A stretch of 58,318 nucleotides of DNA from Chthoniobacter flavus (GTDB lineage: Bacteria > Verrucomicrobiota > Verrucomicrobiia > Chthoniobacterales > JACTMZ01). The position numbers were made by a program, and so were the translations under genes. Positions 58,310-58,318 of this stretch are shown in pieces. Each line of letters begins with the position of its first letter. Positions within the stretch are counted from its first letter, which is position 1. The notes below the pieces were generated by a model. That model was not told the origin of the DNA. It saw only the letters and a program-made list of their open reading frames with translations, and searched no databases. The stretch covers positions 1-58,318 of the forward strand of contig CAMBUL010000006.1 in the NCBI GenBank assembly GCA_945871065.1, in the 5' to 3' direction.

Positions 58310-58318
58310 CTGAGAACT

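Larger units (their letters stand above)
51926..58318. mobile_element. Integrated phage-satellite/prophage-like element at tRNA-Asp (continues past the window)
   Basis: Integrase next to the tRNA 3' end, divergent HTH genes, translationally coupled xis-primase-helicase operon, repeat-rich origin-like region. Confidence 0.85.

Noticed and set aside
51926-58318. attR copy of the tRNA-Asp 3' end
   Set aside because: No duplicate seen in the window; the element boundary must lie further right.

Overview
A GC-rich bacterial chromosome segment. Gene families and the scarcity of Shine-Dalgarno sequences suggest Verrucomicrobia/PVC (inference only). Bases ~600-51,800 are mostly housekeeping: glgC, glmS, icd, yggS, potBCD, folD, upp, purH, dnaX-ebfC, nadA, fabD, accD-folC, rpe, tadA, queA, hemL, tRNA-Thr(CGT) and SRP RNA. 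The left edge carries an IS630 end inserted in a decayed lipocalin gene. A RAYT transposase with flanking REPs follows ebfC, and two REP families are scattered through the window. A DnaA-box-like cluster at ~29.95-30.33 kb is a candidate oriC. From tRNA-Asp (51,849-51,925) to the right edge lies an integrated phage-satellite-like element: integrase, divergent HTH genes, an apparently permuted AEP primase, a RepA/AAA_25 helicase, an iteron/palindrome origin, an XRE gene, and a stand-alone protein resembling the RarA/MgsA C-terminal domain, which is the best candidate for an undescribed system. All family calls come from motif recognition by eye; no searches were run.
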